64,000 bases of DNA from Patescibacteria group bacterium (GCA_040902515.1 JBBDXB010000006.1:66219-130218); one strand, 5' to 3'; numbered from the stretch's first letter, positions 45,681 to 55,500 are shown. Notes: generated by a model not told the origin, from the sequence alone. Translations and numbers: made by a program.

Positions 45681-47345
45681 TCAGGCTTGCTGCGCCTGAA
45701 GAGCGGCCTTGTGTTGCGAGACCGCGGCCTTGATGAATCCCTGGAACAGCGGGTGCGCCCGGTCGGGCCGTGACTTGAACTCCGGGTGGAACTGGCTGCC
45801 GACCATGAACGGATGGTCCTCGACCTCCACGATCTCCACCAGCACGTCGTCCGGCGTGGTCCCGGCGATCCGGAGACCCGCTTGCGCCAGCTGGTCGCGG
45901 TACTCGTTGTTGAACTCATAGCGGTGACGGTGCCGTTCGACGATCTCGTCCATGCCGTACGCCTTCCGGGCCAGCGAACCTTCCGCCAACGTGCACGGGT
46001 AGTCCCCGAGCCGCATGGTACCGCCCTTCGTGTAGACCGACTTCTGGGATTCCATCAGGTCGATCACCGTGTGTGTCGCTTTCGGTGAGAATTCCGCGGA
46101 GTGGGCCGCGTCGTCTCCGAGCACGTGCCGCGCGAACTCGATGGTCAGGACCTGCATGCCAAGGCAGAGGCCGAGATACGGCACCCGGTTCTCCCGGCAC
46201 CAGTGGGCGGTCATGATCTTGCCCTCCACGCCGCGGTCGCCGAAGCCGCCCGGGACGACCACGCCGTCCACGCCGTCCAGGAGACGGGGGCCTTCCTTCT
46301 CGATGTCTTCCGAATTCACCCAGCGGATCTTCACGCTGCGGCCCGCCGGCGATTGCGCCAGTGCCGCGGCCTTCACGGCCTCGGACACGGAGATGTACGC
46401 GTCGTTCAGTTCCACGTACTTGCCGACGATCGCGACCTCGATCCCGTCCTCGCGTTTCAGTGCCTCGGCCCGGTCCACCATCTTCGCCCAGCCTTTCAGG
46501 TCCGACGTAGTGCCGCCGAGCCCGAGCACCCGGTCGATGTACGCCCCGAGTCCCCGCTGCTCGAACCGGACCGGCACGTCATAGATGTTCCTGGTCGTGG
46601 CCATCGGGATCACTGCCTCGCGGTCCACGTCACAGGTGGCCGCCAGCTTGTCCAGCGTCTCCTCAGGAATCGGATGGTCGGCACGGGCTACCAACACCTG
46701 CGTCGGCAGTCCGTAGCTCCGCAGCTCCCGCACGCTGTACTGCGCCGGACGCGTCTTGAGCTCCCTGGTCGTGCCGAGGTGCGGCAGCAGCGTCACGTGC
46801 ACGGAGAGGACGTTATCCCGTCCCCTGCGGTTACGGAGCTGCCGGAACGCCTCCAGGAAGACCATGCCCTTGATGTCGCCGATCGTCGAACCGAGCTCGA
46901 CCAGCAGCACTTCCGCGCCGGTCTTCTCCGCGGCGGCGTTGATCCGGCGGATGATCTCATCGGTGACGTGCGGGACCTCCTCCACGGTCTTGCCGAGATA
47001 GTCGCCGCGGCGCTCCGCCTCGATCAGCGACTGGTAGACCTGTCCGGTGGTGAAGTTCGACTCACGGACCAGCTCCTCGTCGATGAAGCGCTCGTAGTGG
47101 CCCAGGTCCTGGTCGGTCTCCGCGCCGTCGGCGGTCACGAACACTTCCCCGTGTTCGTAGGGGTTCATGGTCCCTGGATCGACGTTGATGTACGGATCGA
47201 TCTTGAGGATGCTCACCTTCACGCCGCGGCCCTTGAGGAGCCGCCCCAGTGCCGCCGTGGTCACGCCCTTGCCGAGCGAGCTGACCACGCCGCCAGTGAC
47301 GAAGATGAACTTCGTCTGCATGCGGGCGTCGTGCTTCTTAGCCAT
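45681..47345 (-). CDS. pyrG: CTP synthase
   Basis: N-terminal synthetase domain (KFIFVTGGVVSSLGKG) and C-terminal GATase domain (GLCLGMQ catalytic Cys), 554 aa. Confidence 0.9.
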   Translation of the reverse strand: MAKKHDARMQTKFIFVTGGVVSSLGKGVTTAALGRLLKGRGVKVSILKIDPYINVDPGTMNPYEHGEVFVTADGAETDQDLGHYERFIDEELVRESNFTTGQVYQSLIEAERRGDYLGKTVEEVPHVTDEIIRRINAAAEKTGAEVLLVELGSTIGDIKGMVFLEAFRQLRNRRGRDNVLSVHVTLLPHLGTTRELKTRPAQYSVRELRSYGLPTQVLVARADHPIPEETLDKLAATCDVDREAVIPMATTRNIYDVPVRFEQRGLGAYIDRVLGLGGTTSDLKGWAKMVDRAEALKREDGIEVAIVGKYVELNDAYISVSEAVKAAALAQSPAGRSVKIRWVNSEDIEKEGPRLLDGVDGVVVPGGFGDRGVEGKIMTAHWCRENRVPYLGLCLGMQVLTIEFARHVLGDDAAHSAEFSPKATHTVIDLMESQKSVYTKGGTMRLGDYPCTLAEGSLARKAYGMDEIVERHRHRYEFNNEYRDQLAQAGLRIAGTTPDDVLVEIVEVEDHPFMVGSQFHPEFKSRPDRAHPLFQGFIKAAVSQHKAALQAQQA

Positions 47346-47414
47346 GCCGGACCTCCTGCATCAAGAGAAACTCCTCCCCCGTACAAGAACGGTGGGAAGG
47401 GCGGATCATGGTCA

Positions 47415-47960
47415 TTATGCGGTGGCTGGTTCCGTGGTATCGGCGTCCGGCTCGGATTCTTTCGCCTTGGCGGGAGCCTTCGCGGCTTTCACGCCCTTGA
47501 CGACTACGGGAACCTGCGCCGTCACGCCTAATCCCAGTTTAGCAGACACCTGCCCGGGGCCCAGTGCCGAGAGCGGGAGTCCGCCCAGCTGCTTCGGGTC
47601 CACGTCCAGCTTCCGCTGCTCCTTCACCGCCTTGGCGAACTCCGCCGCCGTGACCGAACCGAATACCTGGCCGCCGGGGCCGGTCTTGAGCTGGAGCTCC
47701 ACCGGCGTCTCGGCCAGCGCGGCAGCCAGCTCCTCACGGGCGGCCGTCTCCTTCCGACGACGCTCCTCTGCCTTGGCGATGTCCTTCTCACGCTCGGCGA
47801 TCCGTTCGGGCGTCGCGACGGCCGCCAGGCCCTTCGCGAGCAGGAAGTTCCGGGCGAAGCCGGCGCGGACGCGCACCAGCTCGCCGGCGAAGCCGATCCC
47901 CTCGAGATCGTCACGTAGGATGACCGGAAGCTGCCGATGGCTGCGTCTCATAGGCTCCAT
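47415..47960 (-). CDS. rplI: 50S ribosomal protein L9, with an Ala/Lys-rich acidic C-terminal extension. The start is probably the second ATG (47951).
   Basis: N-terminal ..VIL..D..G.G..GE.V.V..G.ARNFLL.KGLA. Confidence 0.75.
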   Translation of the reverse strand: MEPMRRSHRQLPVILRDDLEGIGFAGELVRVRAGFARNFLLAKGLAAVATPERIAEREKDIAKAEERRRKETAAREELAAALAETPVELQLKTGPGGQVFGSVTAAEFAKAVKEQRKLDVDPKQLGGLPLSALGPGQVSAKLGLGVTAQVPVVVKGVKAAKAPAKAKESEPDADTTEPATA

Positions 47961-47999
47961 GCTACCGCCTCGGGGAGCGGGAAACCAGCCTGGGAAACG

Positions 48000-49160
48000 C
48001 TACAGCGCCTCGATCGCCCGGCGAAGCTGGGCGTCGGGGTCGTCCGACGGGACCGCGATGTCCGGCCGCAGCCCGTCCTCGGCGAGCGATTGCCCGCTCG
48101 GCGTGAGCCATTCGGCGATCGTCAGCTTGAGCACCGCGCCGTCGTCGAGTTCGATCAGGTCCTGCACCGACCCCTTGCCGAACGTCTTCTGGCCGACCAG
48201 CGGCACGTCGCGATTGTCGCGGAGAGCCCCTGCCAGGATTTCCGCGGCACTGGCGGTGCCCTCGTTCACCAGGACGACCGTCGGGACGCCGGCCAGCCGT
48301 CCGCCGTTTGAGACGGAGCGTTCCTCGGTCTTGTCCTTGAACCGCTCCTTGACCACCACGCCGTCATCGAGGAACAGCGCCGCGGCATCGATCGCGCCGT
48401 CGAGGAACCCGCCGGGATTGCTCCGCAGGTCCAGGACGATGCCACGCGATCCCCGCTCGAGTATCTCGTCCGCCGCCTGCTTCAGCTCTTCCGTGGTCGC
48501 GTCGCCAAAGCGGGAGATCTCCAGCACCGCCACGTCGCCGCGGAACTCCAGGTCGGTCGACGGCGCCTTCAGCTGCGCCCGGGTGATCGTGAGTTCGCGC
48601 GGGCGTTCGCCGGGCGTCTGGACAGCGACCCGGACCTCGGTGCCCGCCTCGCCGCGGATCCGGTCCGCGACCTCGTCGATGGTCAGCCCGACCGTCGGCG
48701 TGTCCTCCACCCCGACGATCCGATCGCCGGCGCGGATGCCGGCGCGGGCCGCCGGCGAATCCGGCAACGGCGCGATCACCACGACCCGTTCGTCCCGAAC
48801 GCCGATCTCGATGCCGATGCCCTCGACCTCGCCGGAAAGCGAGTCCTCCAGATCCTCGACTTCGGACGGCGTCAGGTAGTCGCTATAGGAATCGTCCAGG
48901 CCGTCCACGAGCCCGTCGGTGGCCGCATCGACCAGTTCCTGCGGGCCGACCTCGCCGACATGTCGGTCCTCGATCAGCCGCTTGGCCTCATAGAATTCCG
49001 AATAATCGGCGAATGCGCCGGTGTCACCGGCCTCGTACTGGCGCGGCGGGATGCCGTACTTGCCGGCGGAGAATCCTACGGCGTAGACCAACAGGCCTGC
49101 CAGCACGGCAGCGATGACCATGCGGGGGTTTCCGGCAAACCTGCGTTTCTCTTTCGGCAC
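48000..49160 (-). CDS. ctpA: Carboxyl-terminal processing protease (S41 family)
   Basis: N-terminal TM, PDZ domain, and S41 catalytic region (GIVLDLRSNPGG). Confidence 0.8.
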   Translation of the reverse strand: MPKEKRRFAGNPRMVIAAVLAGLLVYAVGFSAGKYGIPPRQYEAGDTGAFADYSEFYEAKRLIEDRHVGEVGPQELVDAATDGLVDGLDDSYSDYLTPSEVEDLEDSLSGEVEGIGIEIGVRDERVVVIAPLPDSPAARAGIRAGDRIVGVEDTPTVGLTIDEVADRIRGEAGTEVRVAVQTPGERPRELTITRAQLKAPSTDLEFRGDVAVLEISRFGDATTEELKQAADEILERGSRGIVLDLRSNPGGFLDGAIDAAALFLDDGVVVKERFKDKTEERSVSNGGRLAGVPTVVLVNEGTASAAEILAGALRDNRDVPLVGQKTFGKGSVQDLIELDDGAVLKLTIAEWLTPSGQSLAEDGLRPDIAVPSDDPDAQLRRAIEAL

Positions 49161-49223
49161 GGGACTATTGTAGCGGAAAACACCCGCCTCTCCGGCGCCA
49201 CCCTCGCTCCCTTGCTTGCCGGA

Positions 49224-49243
49224 TAGTATACAAAGGTATACTA
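49224..49243 (+). promoter_or_regulatory. Perfect palindromic operator TAGTATAC-AAAG-GTATACTA overlapping the promoter of the small-ORF-dinB operon; putative SOS (LexA-type) box
   Basis: 8-bp inverted repeat with a 4-bp spacer, 13 nt upstream of ATG 49256. It overlaps a TATACT -10-like hexamer. Confidence 0.5.
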
Positions 49244-49255
49244 TTCCTCATTGCT

Positions 49256-49513
49256 ATGGCTACGGTGACGGAACCAAAGGAACGGGTGTCGGTATTGGCC
49301 AAGTTCGAGGGCGGCCGGGCGTTGCCCGTGCTCATGCGCCGGCAGGGTCGCCGCCATTGGATCCAGAAGCTGAACCTCCACCACACGCAGCGCCAGGGCG
49401 CGGACACGATCCACTACTACGCCGTGACCACCGATGCCGGTGATTGCGTGCTGGCCTACTCCCAGCAGCACCTCACCTGGACGCTCGACGAGGTCCGTTT
49501 CGACGGGAGCTGA
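49256..49513 (+). CDS. Small protein (85 aa) co-transcribed with dinB; possible YolD/UmuD-like accessory
   Basis: The ORF begins 13 nt after the palindrome and ends 9 nt before dinB. Confidence 0.45.
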   Translation: MATVTEPKERVSVLAKFEGGRALPVLMRRQGRRHWIQKLNLHHTQRQGADTIHYYAVTTDAGDCVLAYSQQHLTWTLDEVRFDGS

Positions 49514-49522
49514 GGCTCCGCG

Positions 49523-50746
49523 ATGACCGTCCTCCACCTCGACATGGACTCGTTCTTCGCGACGGTCGAACAGCAGGCCCGACCGTCGCTGCGCGGTCGG
49601 CCGGTAGGCATCGCCCCGGTGGATTCGCCGGGCGGGACGATCGTGGCCGCCTCGATCGAGGCCAAACGGCACGGCGTAGGCACCGGCACCAAGGTGGCCG
49701 AGGCCCGGCAGCTGATTCCCGACATCGAGCTCCTGCCGCCGACGCCGGAGAAGTACCGGGCGGTCCACCGCCGGTTCCGGCGGATCATCGAGGAGTACCG
49801 CGGCACGGCGAAGCCCCGTTCGGTCGACGAGATCGCGCTGTGGCTGGAACCGCAGGAGGCGCCGCGGGCCCGGGAGATCGGTGCCGAGATCAAACGGCGG
49901 ATCCGGAGCGAGGTCGGCGAATGGCTGTCCTCGTCGGTCGGGATCGGGCCGAACTGGCTGCTCGCGAAGACCGCCTCCGCGATACGGAAGCCCGACGGCC
50001 TCTTCGAGATCACGCGGGACAACCTCCGGGAGGTACTTGGCGGACTGGCACTGACCGACCTCTGCGGCATCGCCGGGCGGACCGCGGCCCGGATGCAGCT
50101 CGTCGGCATCTCCTCGCCGCGCGACCTGTACGATCTGCCGCCCTGGGAACTGAAGCGGCGGCTCGGCATCGTCGGCTACTACTGGCACCTCCGGGTGCAC
50201 GGCCACGCGATCGACAGCGAGGACTGGGGTACGAAGACGCTCGGCCACTCTTCGGTGCTACCACGGCCGACCGCCGACCCAACGCGACTGAAGCCGCTCC
50301 TCCACAAGCTCTGCCACCGGGTCGCCCGTAGGCTCCGTCGCGACGGCTGGCAGGCCGGGGCGGTCAGCGTGTCCGGGCCGGTGGCCGGCGGCGCCGACGG
50401 GTGGGACGGAAGCCGCTGGACGGCGGGAGTCCGCCTGAGTCCCACCGACCGCCACCACGACCTCTTCATCGCCGCCTGGCGGCTGCTTACGGCCGAACCG
50501 CCGCCGGCACCGCTCCGGAAGCTCGCGGTGACCACCCACGCACTGCGTCCGGCCGATCCGGAGCAGCCCTCGCTGTTCGACCCCGTCCGGCGGCGGACGC
50601 GGCTATCGGTGGGCGTGGACCGTGCCAATGACCGCTGGGGCGAGTTCACGGTAATCCCGGCCGGCATGCTCGGTACCGACGGCGTCGCGAACGACGCGAT
50701 CGCGTTCGGGCAGGACCTGAGGCTCCAGCGGGAAGCGACGGGCTAG
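49523..50746 (+). CDS. dinB: DNA polymerase IV (Y-family)
   Basis: N-terminal HLDMDSFFATVE, a Y-family palm/fingers/little-finger pattern, 407 aa. Confidence 0.85.
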   Translation: MTVLHLDMDSFFATVEQQARPSLRGRPVGIAPVDSPGGTIVAASIEAKRHGVGTGTKVAEARQLIPDIELLPPTPEKYRAVHRRFRRIIEEYRGTAKPRSVDEIALWLEPQEAPRAREIGAEIKRRIRSEVGEWLSSSVGIGPNWLLAKTASAIRKPDGLFEITRDNLREVLGGLALTDLCGIAGRTAARMQLVGISSPRDLYDLPPWELKRRLGIVGYYWHLRVHGHAIDSEDWGTKTLGHSSVLPRPTADPTRLKPLLHKLCHRVARRLRRDGWQAGAVSVSGPVAGGADGWDGSRWTAGVRLSPTDRHHDLFIAAWRLLTAEPPPAPLRKLAVTTHALRPADPEQPSLFDPVRRRTRLSVGVDRANDRWGEFTVIPAGMLGTDGVANDAIAFGQDLRLQREATG

Positions 50747-50749
50747 CGC

Positions 50750-51304
50750 CTACCGGAACCCGCGGATCATGCCGCGTGGGAACCGGGTCTGGCCGCCGTA
50801 ATAGTTCTGGTGACGGACCTCGATGTCGCCGTTTCGCCAGATGCCGGTCACGACGCCCACGTGGTTCCAGGTGAACACCGCCGTGGCGCCGATCCAGGGC
50901 TCCTGGGATGTCACGGGCCAGCCGGCAGGGTTCCCGTAGCCGGGGTTGTTCACGCCGGGCTCGTTCACGCAGTTGCCGCCAGCCACGGCATACCCGGTCG
51001 TACCGATCAGCTCGGGGACGGGCGCCGGCCGCTGAGGAGCCGGTTTCGGGACCGGTTTCTTCGCCGCAGCGGGCTTGGGAGCAGCCGGTGAGGACATTGG
51101 CTCGGGGGTAGGTGTCAGCAGGCGTTGCTCACGTACCAGCTCAATGAGGGCCTCCTCAGAGCCTTGGGCCAGGCGTTCACCCTGCGCACCCTGGCTGCGG
51201 CCGGGATCGAACTGGGCGGCGAGGGTACCCAGAAGCAGGACCCCCGCCAGGGTCAATAAACGGACTTGAGACAAAATAAAAAAGCCGGAGCTCTTTTTAC
51301 GCAT
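50750..51304 (-). CDS. Secreted CHAP-domain amidase/peptidase with Pro/Ala/Lys-rich linker
   Basis: Signal peptide, PAAPKPAAAKKPVPKPAPQRPAP linker, and a CHAP domain with conserved Cys (GGNCVNE) and His (WNHVGVVTG). Confidence 0.65.
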   Translation of the reverse strand: MRKKSSGFFILSQVRLLTLAGVLLLGTLAAQFDPGRSQGAQGERLAQGSEEALIELVREQRLLTPTPEPMSSPAAPKPAAAKKPVPKPAPQRPAPVPELIGTTGYAVAGGNCVNEPGVNNPGYGNPAGWPVTSQEPWIGATAVFTWNHVGVVTGIWRNGDIEVRHQNYYGGQTRFPRGMIRGFR

Positions 51305-51344
51305 GGCTTTGGGAAATTCCTCGTTTTCTAGTACAACCTGCGGA

Positions 51345-51372
51345 ATTATACGGATGTTCCGAATCCTGTCAA
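51345..51372 (-). promoter_or_regulatory. Consensus sigma70-type promoter TTGACA-N16-TATAAT driving the CHAP gene at 50750-51304
   Basis: On the minus strand: TTGACAggattcggaacatccgTATAAT, about 40 nt upstream of the ATG, with a GAGGAA RBS. Confidence 0.6.
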
Positions 51373-51381
51373 ATTTTGACT

Positions 51382-51402
51382 TAACGAACTAAAAAACCTG
51401 CC
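51382..51402 (-). terminator. Rho-independent terminator after the PcsB-like gene
   Basis: Hairpin CCTGCC-CCA-GGCAGG followed by T6 on the minus strand (A6 on the plus strand). Confidence 0.6.
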
Positions 51403-51460
51403 TGGGGCAGGATTCTGGACTTGTAATGGGTGATCTCAGGCGTGAACCACGCCTAGGGTG

Positions 51461-52456
51461 TTAGTAGAATTTACCCGTGGAGCGGAAGGTTTCCGTAGAA
51501 ACCACGCCTACGCCGCGCCAGTTCATGTGTCGGATCGTGACGGTGTTGCCGCTCACCCCGACGACCACGCCGACGTGGCCGGCGCCAGCAGCGCCCTGCT
51601 CACCTGCGCTCCAGATCATGATCTTGCCAACGGCAGGAGTAGAACTGGTTGCTCCCCACGTACCTGCATTGCCGTTCTGACCACGGCCGGTCGCGCTGTA
51701 GACGTACCAAGTGCACTGTCCCCAAGGGAACGGGTTATTGCCGTGGACGCCAGAGACATGCTGGGGTGCACCACCGCCTCCGCCGCTCGAGGGAGCGCTG
51801 GTGTTGTTATTGCCCGTCGCCTGGACGATAGCCGCGGCGGCTTCCTGTTCGTTGGCTTCCCGCGCCTGCTCGCACTGCTCCTTGTCGAGTTGTTCAGCCG
51901 CCCGCTTAGCCGCTTCCTGGTCCTCGGCCGTGGTAAGCCGTTCTTGGCGCTGACCTTGGAGCGTCAGCAAGCCATCACGCTTCTCCTTCGCTTCGGCAAG
52001 CTTCTCGTCGAGTGTCTCCAATGTGTCGAGATACCGCTCGATCTTCTCCTGGAGATCCTCGTTGATCTTGTTCCGGTAGTGCTCGCTGCTGAAGAAAGCA
52101 GATAGGCGTTCGCTGGAAACCAGGGCGTCGAAAGGAGTGGACGAGGAGTCGACCACGTAGCCTTCCTTCATCCCTTCCAGGATCGCCTCCCAAAGGCTTT
52201 CCGCTTCCTTTTCGAGCTGCGCGTGTTCCGCCTTCAGCTCCGCGACCCGGGCGTTCACCTCGGATATCTGGCCGTCCAGTTCACCGACCTGGGAACGTAA
52301 CGCGAGGAGGTTCTCGTTCACACCGCTGATCAGCGCGGCACATTCATCGGTAGCTTCCTGCGCCTGTCCGGGTGCCGGAGCGACCGTCAGGATTCCGGTT
52401 AGCAACGTGGCGCTAGCGGCGATCGCCGAGAGGGTTCGTCGTGGACGTATATTCAT
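51461..52456 (-). CDS. PcsB-like secreted peptidoglycan hydrolase: coiled-coil domain plus C-terminal CHAP domain
   Basis: Signal peptide, about 170 aa of coiled coil, Gly/Ser linker, and a CHAP domain (PWGQCTWYV Cys; GHVGVVVG His). It sits immediately downstream of ftsX on the same strand. Confidence 0.7.
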   Translation of the reverse strand: MNIRPRRTLSAIAASATLLTGILTVAPAPGQAQEATDECAALISGVNENLLALRSQVGELDGQISEVNARVAELKAEHAQLEKEAESLWEAILEGMKEGYVVDSSSTPFDALVSSERLSAFFSSEHYRNKINEDLQEKIERYLDTLETLDEKLAEAKEKRDGLLTLQGQRQERLTTAEDQEAAKRAAEQLDKEQCEQAREANEQEAAAAIVQATGNNNTSAPSSGGGGGAPQHVSGVHGNNPFPWGQCTWYVYSATGRGQNGNAGTWGATSSTPAVGKIMIWSAGEQGAAGAGHVGVVVGVSGNTVTIRHMNWRGVGVVSTETFRSTGKFY

Positions 52457-52651
52457 TCTTGTGAGAGTTTCCGAACGAGAGGGTTCTCTTTTGGATAACG
52501 AGGGTCATTATAGGGCGCCGACGGAGGGTGTCAAAAAGTACAAATTCTGCTTAACGAACATGGTTTATTGGAATTCCAGGCACATTTCCAAGCCCGGCTT
52601 CCACACGCCGCGTCATCCATCCCTGTGGATAAGGGTTTGTCAATTCCGTGG

Positions 52652-53569
52652 CTAGGCACGAAGGTGACGGCGGATCGCGATATAGCTGGAGAGCACGCCC
52701 ACGCCGATGCCGGTCACCAGCTGGACCGCCACGATCAGCGGCAGGTTCGCCCGGAAGTAGGCCGGCACGTCCTCGTTGATATCACTCAGGTAGCTGGAGA
52801 GCGCCGGCCCGAATGCCAGCACGATCAGGTACACCACCAGCAGGGCGATGCCCGTGCCGATGATGCCGTAGAACGCGCCCTCGAGTACGAACGGACCCCG
52901 AATATACGCATTGGACGCGCCCACCAGCCGCATGATCTCGATTTCCTCGCGGCGCGAGAAGATCGTGATCCGGATCGTGTTGAAGACCACGAGGACTGCG
53001 AACGTGAGTACGACCAGCGAGATGAACAGTCCCACGTTCCGGATGAAACTCACGATTCGCTGCAAGCGCTGAATAATTTCTCTGTTCTCCTTGTCGGACC
53101 GGCTGGCCACCAGTGGTTCCGCGAAGTCGGATTCCAGCACCGGATTGAACGCATCCAAATCATCCGGATTCTTGGCCTTGATCTGGATACTGGCCGGCAG
53201 CGGGTTCTCCTCCTCGGAGATCTGCTCGACCAAACGCTGGTTCCGCTCGGACTGCCCCTTGTAGATCTCGAGCGCCTGCGTCTTCGAGACGTACTCCACC
53301 GACGCCGCGTTCGGGTGTTTCTCGACCTGTTCCTTGAGCGTCAGGATGTCGGCCACCTTGGCGTCCTCGCTGAAGAACACCTCCACGTCGATCTTCTCCT
53401 GGATCGCCGTGATCACGTTGGTGCCGAGCAGCATCAGGAGCGCGAAGATCGAGACCAGCACCAGCGAGAACGTCACGATGCCGGTCGCTGCCACGGAGAG
53501 CCAGCCGTTCCGGTAGAAGCTCGTGAACGCCGACTTGATCAGCCGGGGGCCGGTGACAAAGACGCTCAT
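52652..53569 (-). CDS. ftsX: Cell-division ABC transporter permease FtsX
   Basis: Four TM helices with a large first extracellular loop, 305 aa, overlapping ftsE by 4 nt. Confidence 0.8.
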   Translation of the reverse strand: MSVFVTGPRLIKSAFTSFYRNGWLSVAATGIVTFSLVLVSIFALLMLLGTNVITAIQEKIDVEVFFSEDAKVADILTLKEQVEKHPNAASVEYVSKTQALEIYKGQSERNQRLVEQISEEENPLPASIQIKAKNPDDLDAFNPVLESDFAEPLVASRSDKENREIIQRLQRIVSFIRNVGLFISLVVLTFAVLVVFNTIRITIFSRREEIEIMRLVGASNAYIRGPFVLEGAFYGIIGTGIALLVVYLIVLAFGPALSSYLSDINEDVPAYFRANLPLIVAVQLVTGIGVGVLSSYIAIRRHLRA

Positions 53570-54258
53570 GTTTCCTTCCGTAGCGCGTACTTGCCAACTT
53601 TTTGGTCACGGACGATCTTCCCGTCCTCCAGCGTGACCACGCGCTTCTTCAGCGCATCCACTACCTCGCGGTTGTGGGTCGCCAGGATCACGGTGGTGCC
53701 GAACTGGTTGATCTTGAGCAGTAGCTGGATGATCTCCCAGGCGTTCACCGGGTCGAGGTTGCCGGTCGGCTCGTCGGCGATCAGGAGTTTCGGCTGGTGG
53801 ACCAGCGCCCGGGCGATCGCCGTCCGCTGGATCTCACCGCCGGAGAGCTGGTGCGGGAACCGGTCCGCCTTCTCAAGCAGGCCGACCATCTTCAGGATCT
53901 TCGGCACCGACTTCTTGATCTCGAGGCTCTTCATGCCGGAGACCTCCATCGCGAACGCCACGTTCTCGGCCACCGTCTTGTGGTCGAGCAGCTTGAAGTC
54001 CTGGAAGACCACGCCGATCTTCCGGCGGTAGAACGGCACCTGTTTGTGCGAGAGATGCGAGATATCGCGGTCGTTGACGAAGATCTTCCCTTCCGACGGC
54101 CGCTCCTCGGCGATCAGCATCCGCACCAGGGTGCTCTTTCCGGCACCCGACGACCCCACCAACGAGACGAACTCGTTAGGGTTGATCGAGAGGTTCACGT
54201 CCTCCAGTGCGACATTTCCTTTCGGATACGCTTTCTTGACGTGCACCATCCTGATCAT
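53566..54258 (-). CDS. ftsE: Cell-division ABC transporter ATP-binding protein FtsE (start at MIRMVHV; the ORF is open to 54324)
   Basis: Walker A GSSGAGKST, ABC signature LSGGEIQR, Walker B LLIADEP. Confidence 0.85.
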   Translation of the reverse strand: MIRMVHVKKAYPKGNVALEDVNLSINPNEFVSLVGSSGAGKSTLVRMLIAEERPSEGKIFVNDRDISHLSHKQVPFYRRKIGVVFQDFKLLDHKTVAENVAFAMEVSGMKSLEIKKSVPKILKMVGLLEKADRFPHQLSGGEIQRTAIARALVHQPKLLIADEPTGNLDPVNAWEIIQLLLKINQFGTTVILATHNREVVDALKKRVVTLEDGKIVRDQKVGKYALRKET

Positions 54259-54411
54259 CGGCGCCCCCGGTAGCTGCGACTGTGCATACGGAATCACGGT
54301 ACCGCCTCGGCTGGGACGGGTCAATTTCCAGGGACGTATCCACCGGTCGTCCCCGGTTTCGAGTCACGGTTTGGGAGATTGAACAAACGATACGTATGTC
54401 CCGGCACGGTG

Positions 54412-54483
54412 CGGCCCTACGGGGAATCGAACCCCGGTTTCCAGGATGAAAACCTGGCGTCCTAACCACTAGACGATAGGGCC
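54412..54483 (-). tRNA. tRNA-Glu (anticodon TTC); 3' end encodes CA, not a full CCA
   Basis: Hand-folded on the minus strand: acceptor GGCCCTA/TAGGGCC, D arm GTCT-AGTGGTTA-GGAC, anticodon stem CCAGG/CCTGG with loop TTTTCAT, T arm CGGGG-TTCGATT-CCCCG, discriminator G. Confidence 0.8.
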
Positions 54484-54534
54484 GTGGTTACTACTTATAA
54501 CTGTACCAGCGTACCGCGGTGTGGGCGCGGCGGT

Positions 54535-55485
54535 CTACGCTGGGATCACGATCCGGTAGATCGCCGATTGGCCTTCCGCCGCGCTGTGCAGGTAGAGGTA
54601 CTCCCCGTCCGTCACCGGACCGACGAGCGGCCCCGGCAGGTCGGTGAGCAGGACCTGATGCCGCTCCCCGGCGGCGGTGAACAGCGTCAGCGCCCCGCGA
54701 CCGTCCACGACGTGTCCGACCAGTAGGTTCTTGCGATCGTCGTAGAGCAGGCTCTCCGCGTCCGTGAGCCCGCCCAGCACCATGGACATCTTGCCGTTAT
54801 CGAAGATCTGGACCACCGACGCCTCTTCATCCGCGAACTGCGCCACGCGGATGATGTTGTCGTTGTCCACCACGAGGCCCGCCGGCTCCTTGAGGTCCCG
54901 GGCGACCGTCCGGTGCTTGCCCGCCGGCGTCAGCTTGATGATCGTGCCACCGCCGTTATTCGACACATAGAAGTTCCCGTCCCGCGCGCGGGCGATGCCG
55001 TTCGGACCGTCCAGGCCGTCCGTCAGCTCCCGGACTTCGCCGGTGTCGGGATTGATCCGCACCACGCGCCCCTCCTTGAAGAGCGGCGTGACGATCCAAC
55101 CCTCGTCGTCCTGGACCATGTCGTGCGCCCCGCCGAGCTCGTCCGCGAGCAGGCGTTTCTGCCCGGTCTCCGGGTCCACGGCGTAGAGCTTGTCGTCGCC
55201 CCAGTCGGAGACGTACAGCGTCCCGTCGAAGAAACCGATGCCGTGCGGCTGGTCGAACCCGCCCGCGACCTGCTCCAGGTCGTCGGCGGATAGGGTCCGC
55301 CCGGCCAGCGGCGCGAAGAGCGCGGTGTCCGGCGAACCGGACGGGGGTGCCGCGTCGCCGAGCTGCTCCTGGGCCACCTTGGTCGCGGTCGTCCCAACGA
55401 TGAAGAAGAGCGCCGCGCCGGCGGCGATCACCGCCGCCATGGCCGCCATCAGCAGGACCTTACGGCGGCGTTTAGCCACGGGCAC
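54535..55485 (-). CDS. Membrane-anchored NHL/SMP-30-like beta-propeller protein
   Basis: N-terminal TM followed by repeated ..G..YV.D...G.I..... blades. Confidence 0.55.
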   Translation of the reverse strand: MPVAKRRRKVLLMAAMAAVIAAGAALFFIVGTTATKVAQEQLGDAAPPSGSPDTALFAPLAGRTLSADDLEQVAGGFDQPHGIGFFDGTLYVSDWGDDKLYAVDPETGQKRLLADELGGAHDMVQDDEGWIVTPLFKEGRVVRINPDTGEVRELTDGLDGPNGIARARDGNFYVSNNGGGTIIKLTPAGKHRTVARDLKEPAGLVVDNDNIIRVAQFADEEASVVQIFDNGKMSMVLGGLTDAESLLYDDRKNLLVGHVVDGRGALTLFTAAGERHQVLLTDLPGPLVGPVTDGEYLYLHSAAEGQSAIYRIVIPA

Positions 55486-55500
55486 TCCCGCCGCCGGGCT

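Noticed and set aside
46101-48879. 476-aa and 570-aa plus-strand ORFs antisense to pyrG, rplI and ctpA
   Set aside because: Antisense artefacts with Ser/Arg/Pro-rich low complexity. The sense genes are strongly supported.
50744-50752. Convergent dinB and CHAP genes separated by 3 bp without a terminator hairpin
   Set aside because: It is real but probably inconsequential. Terminator-less convergent ends are common in compact genomes.
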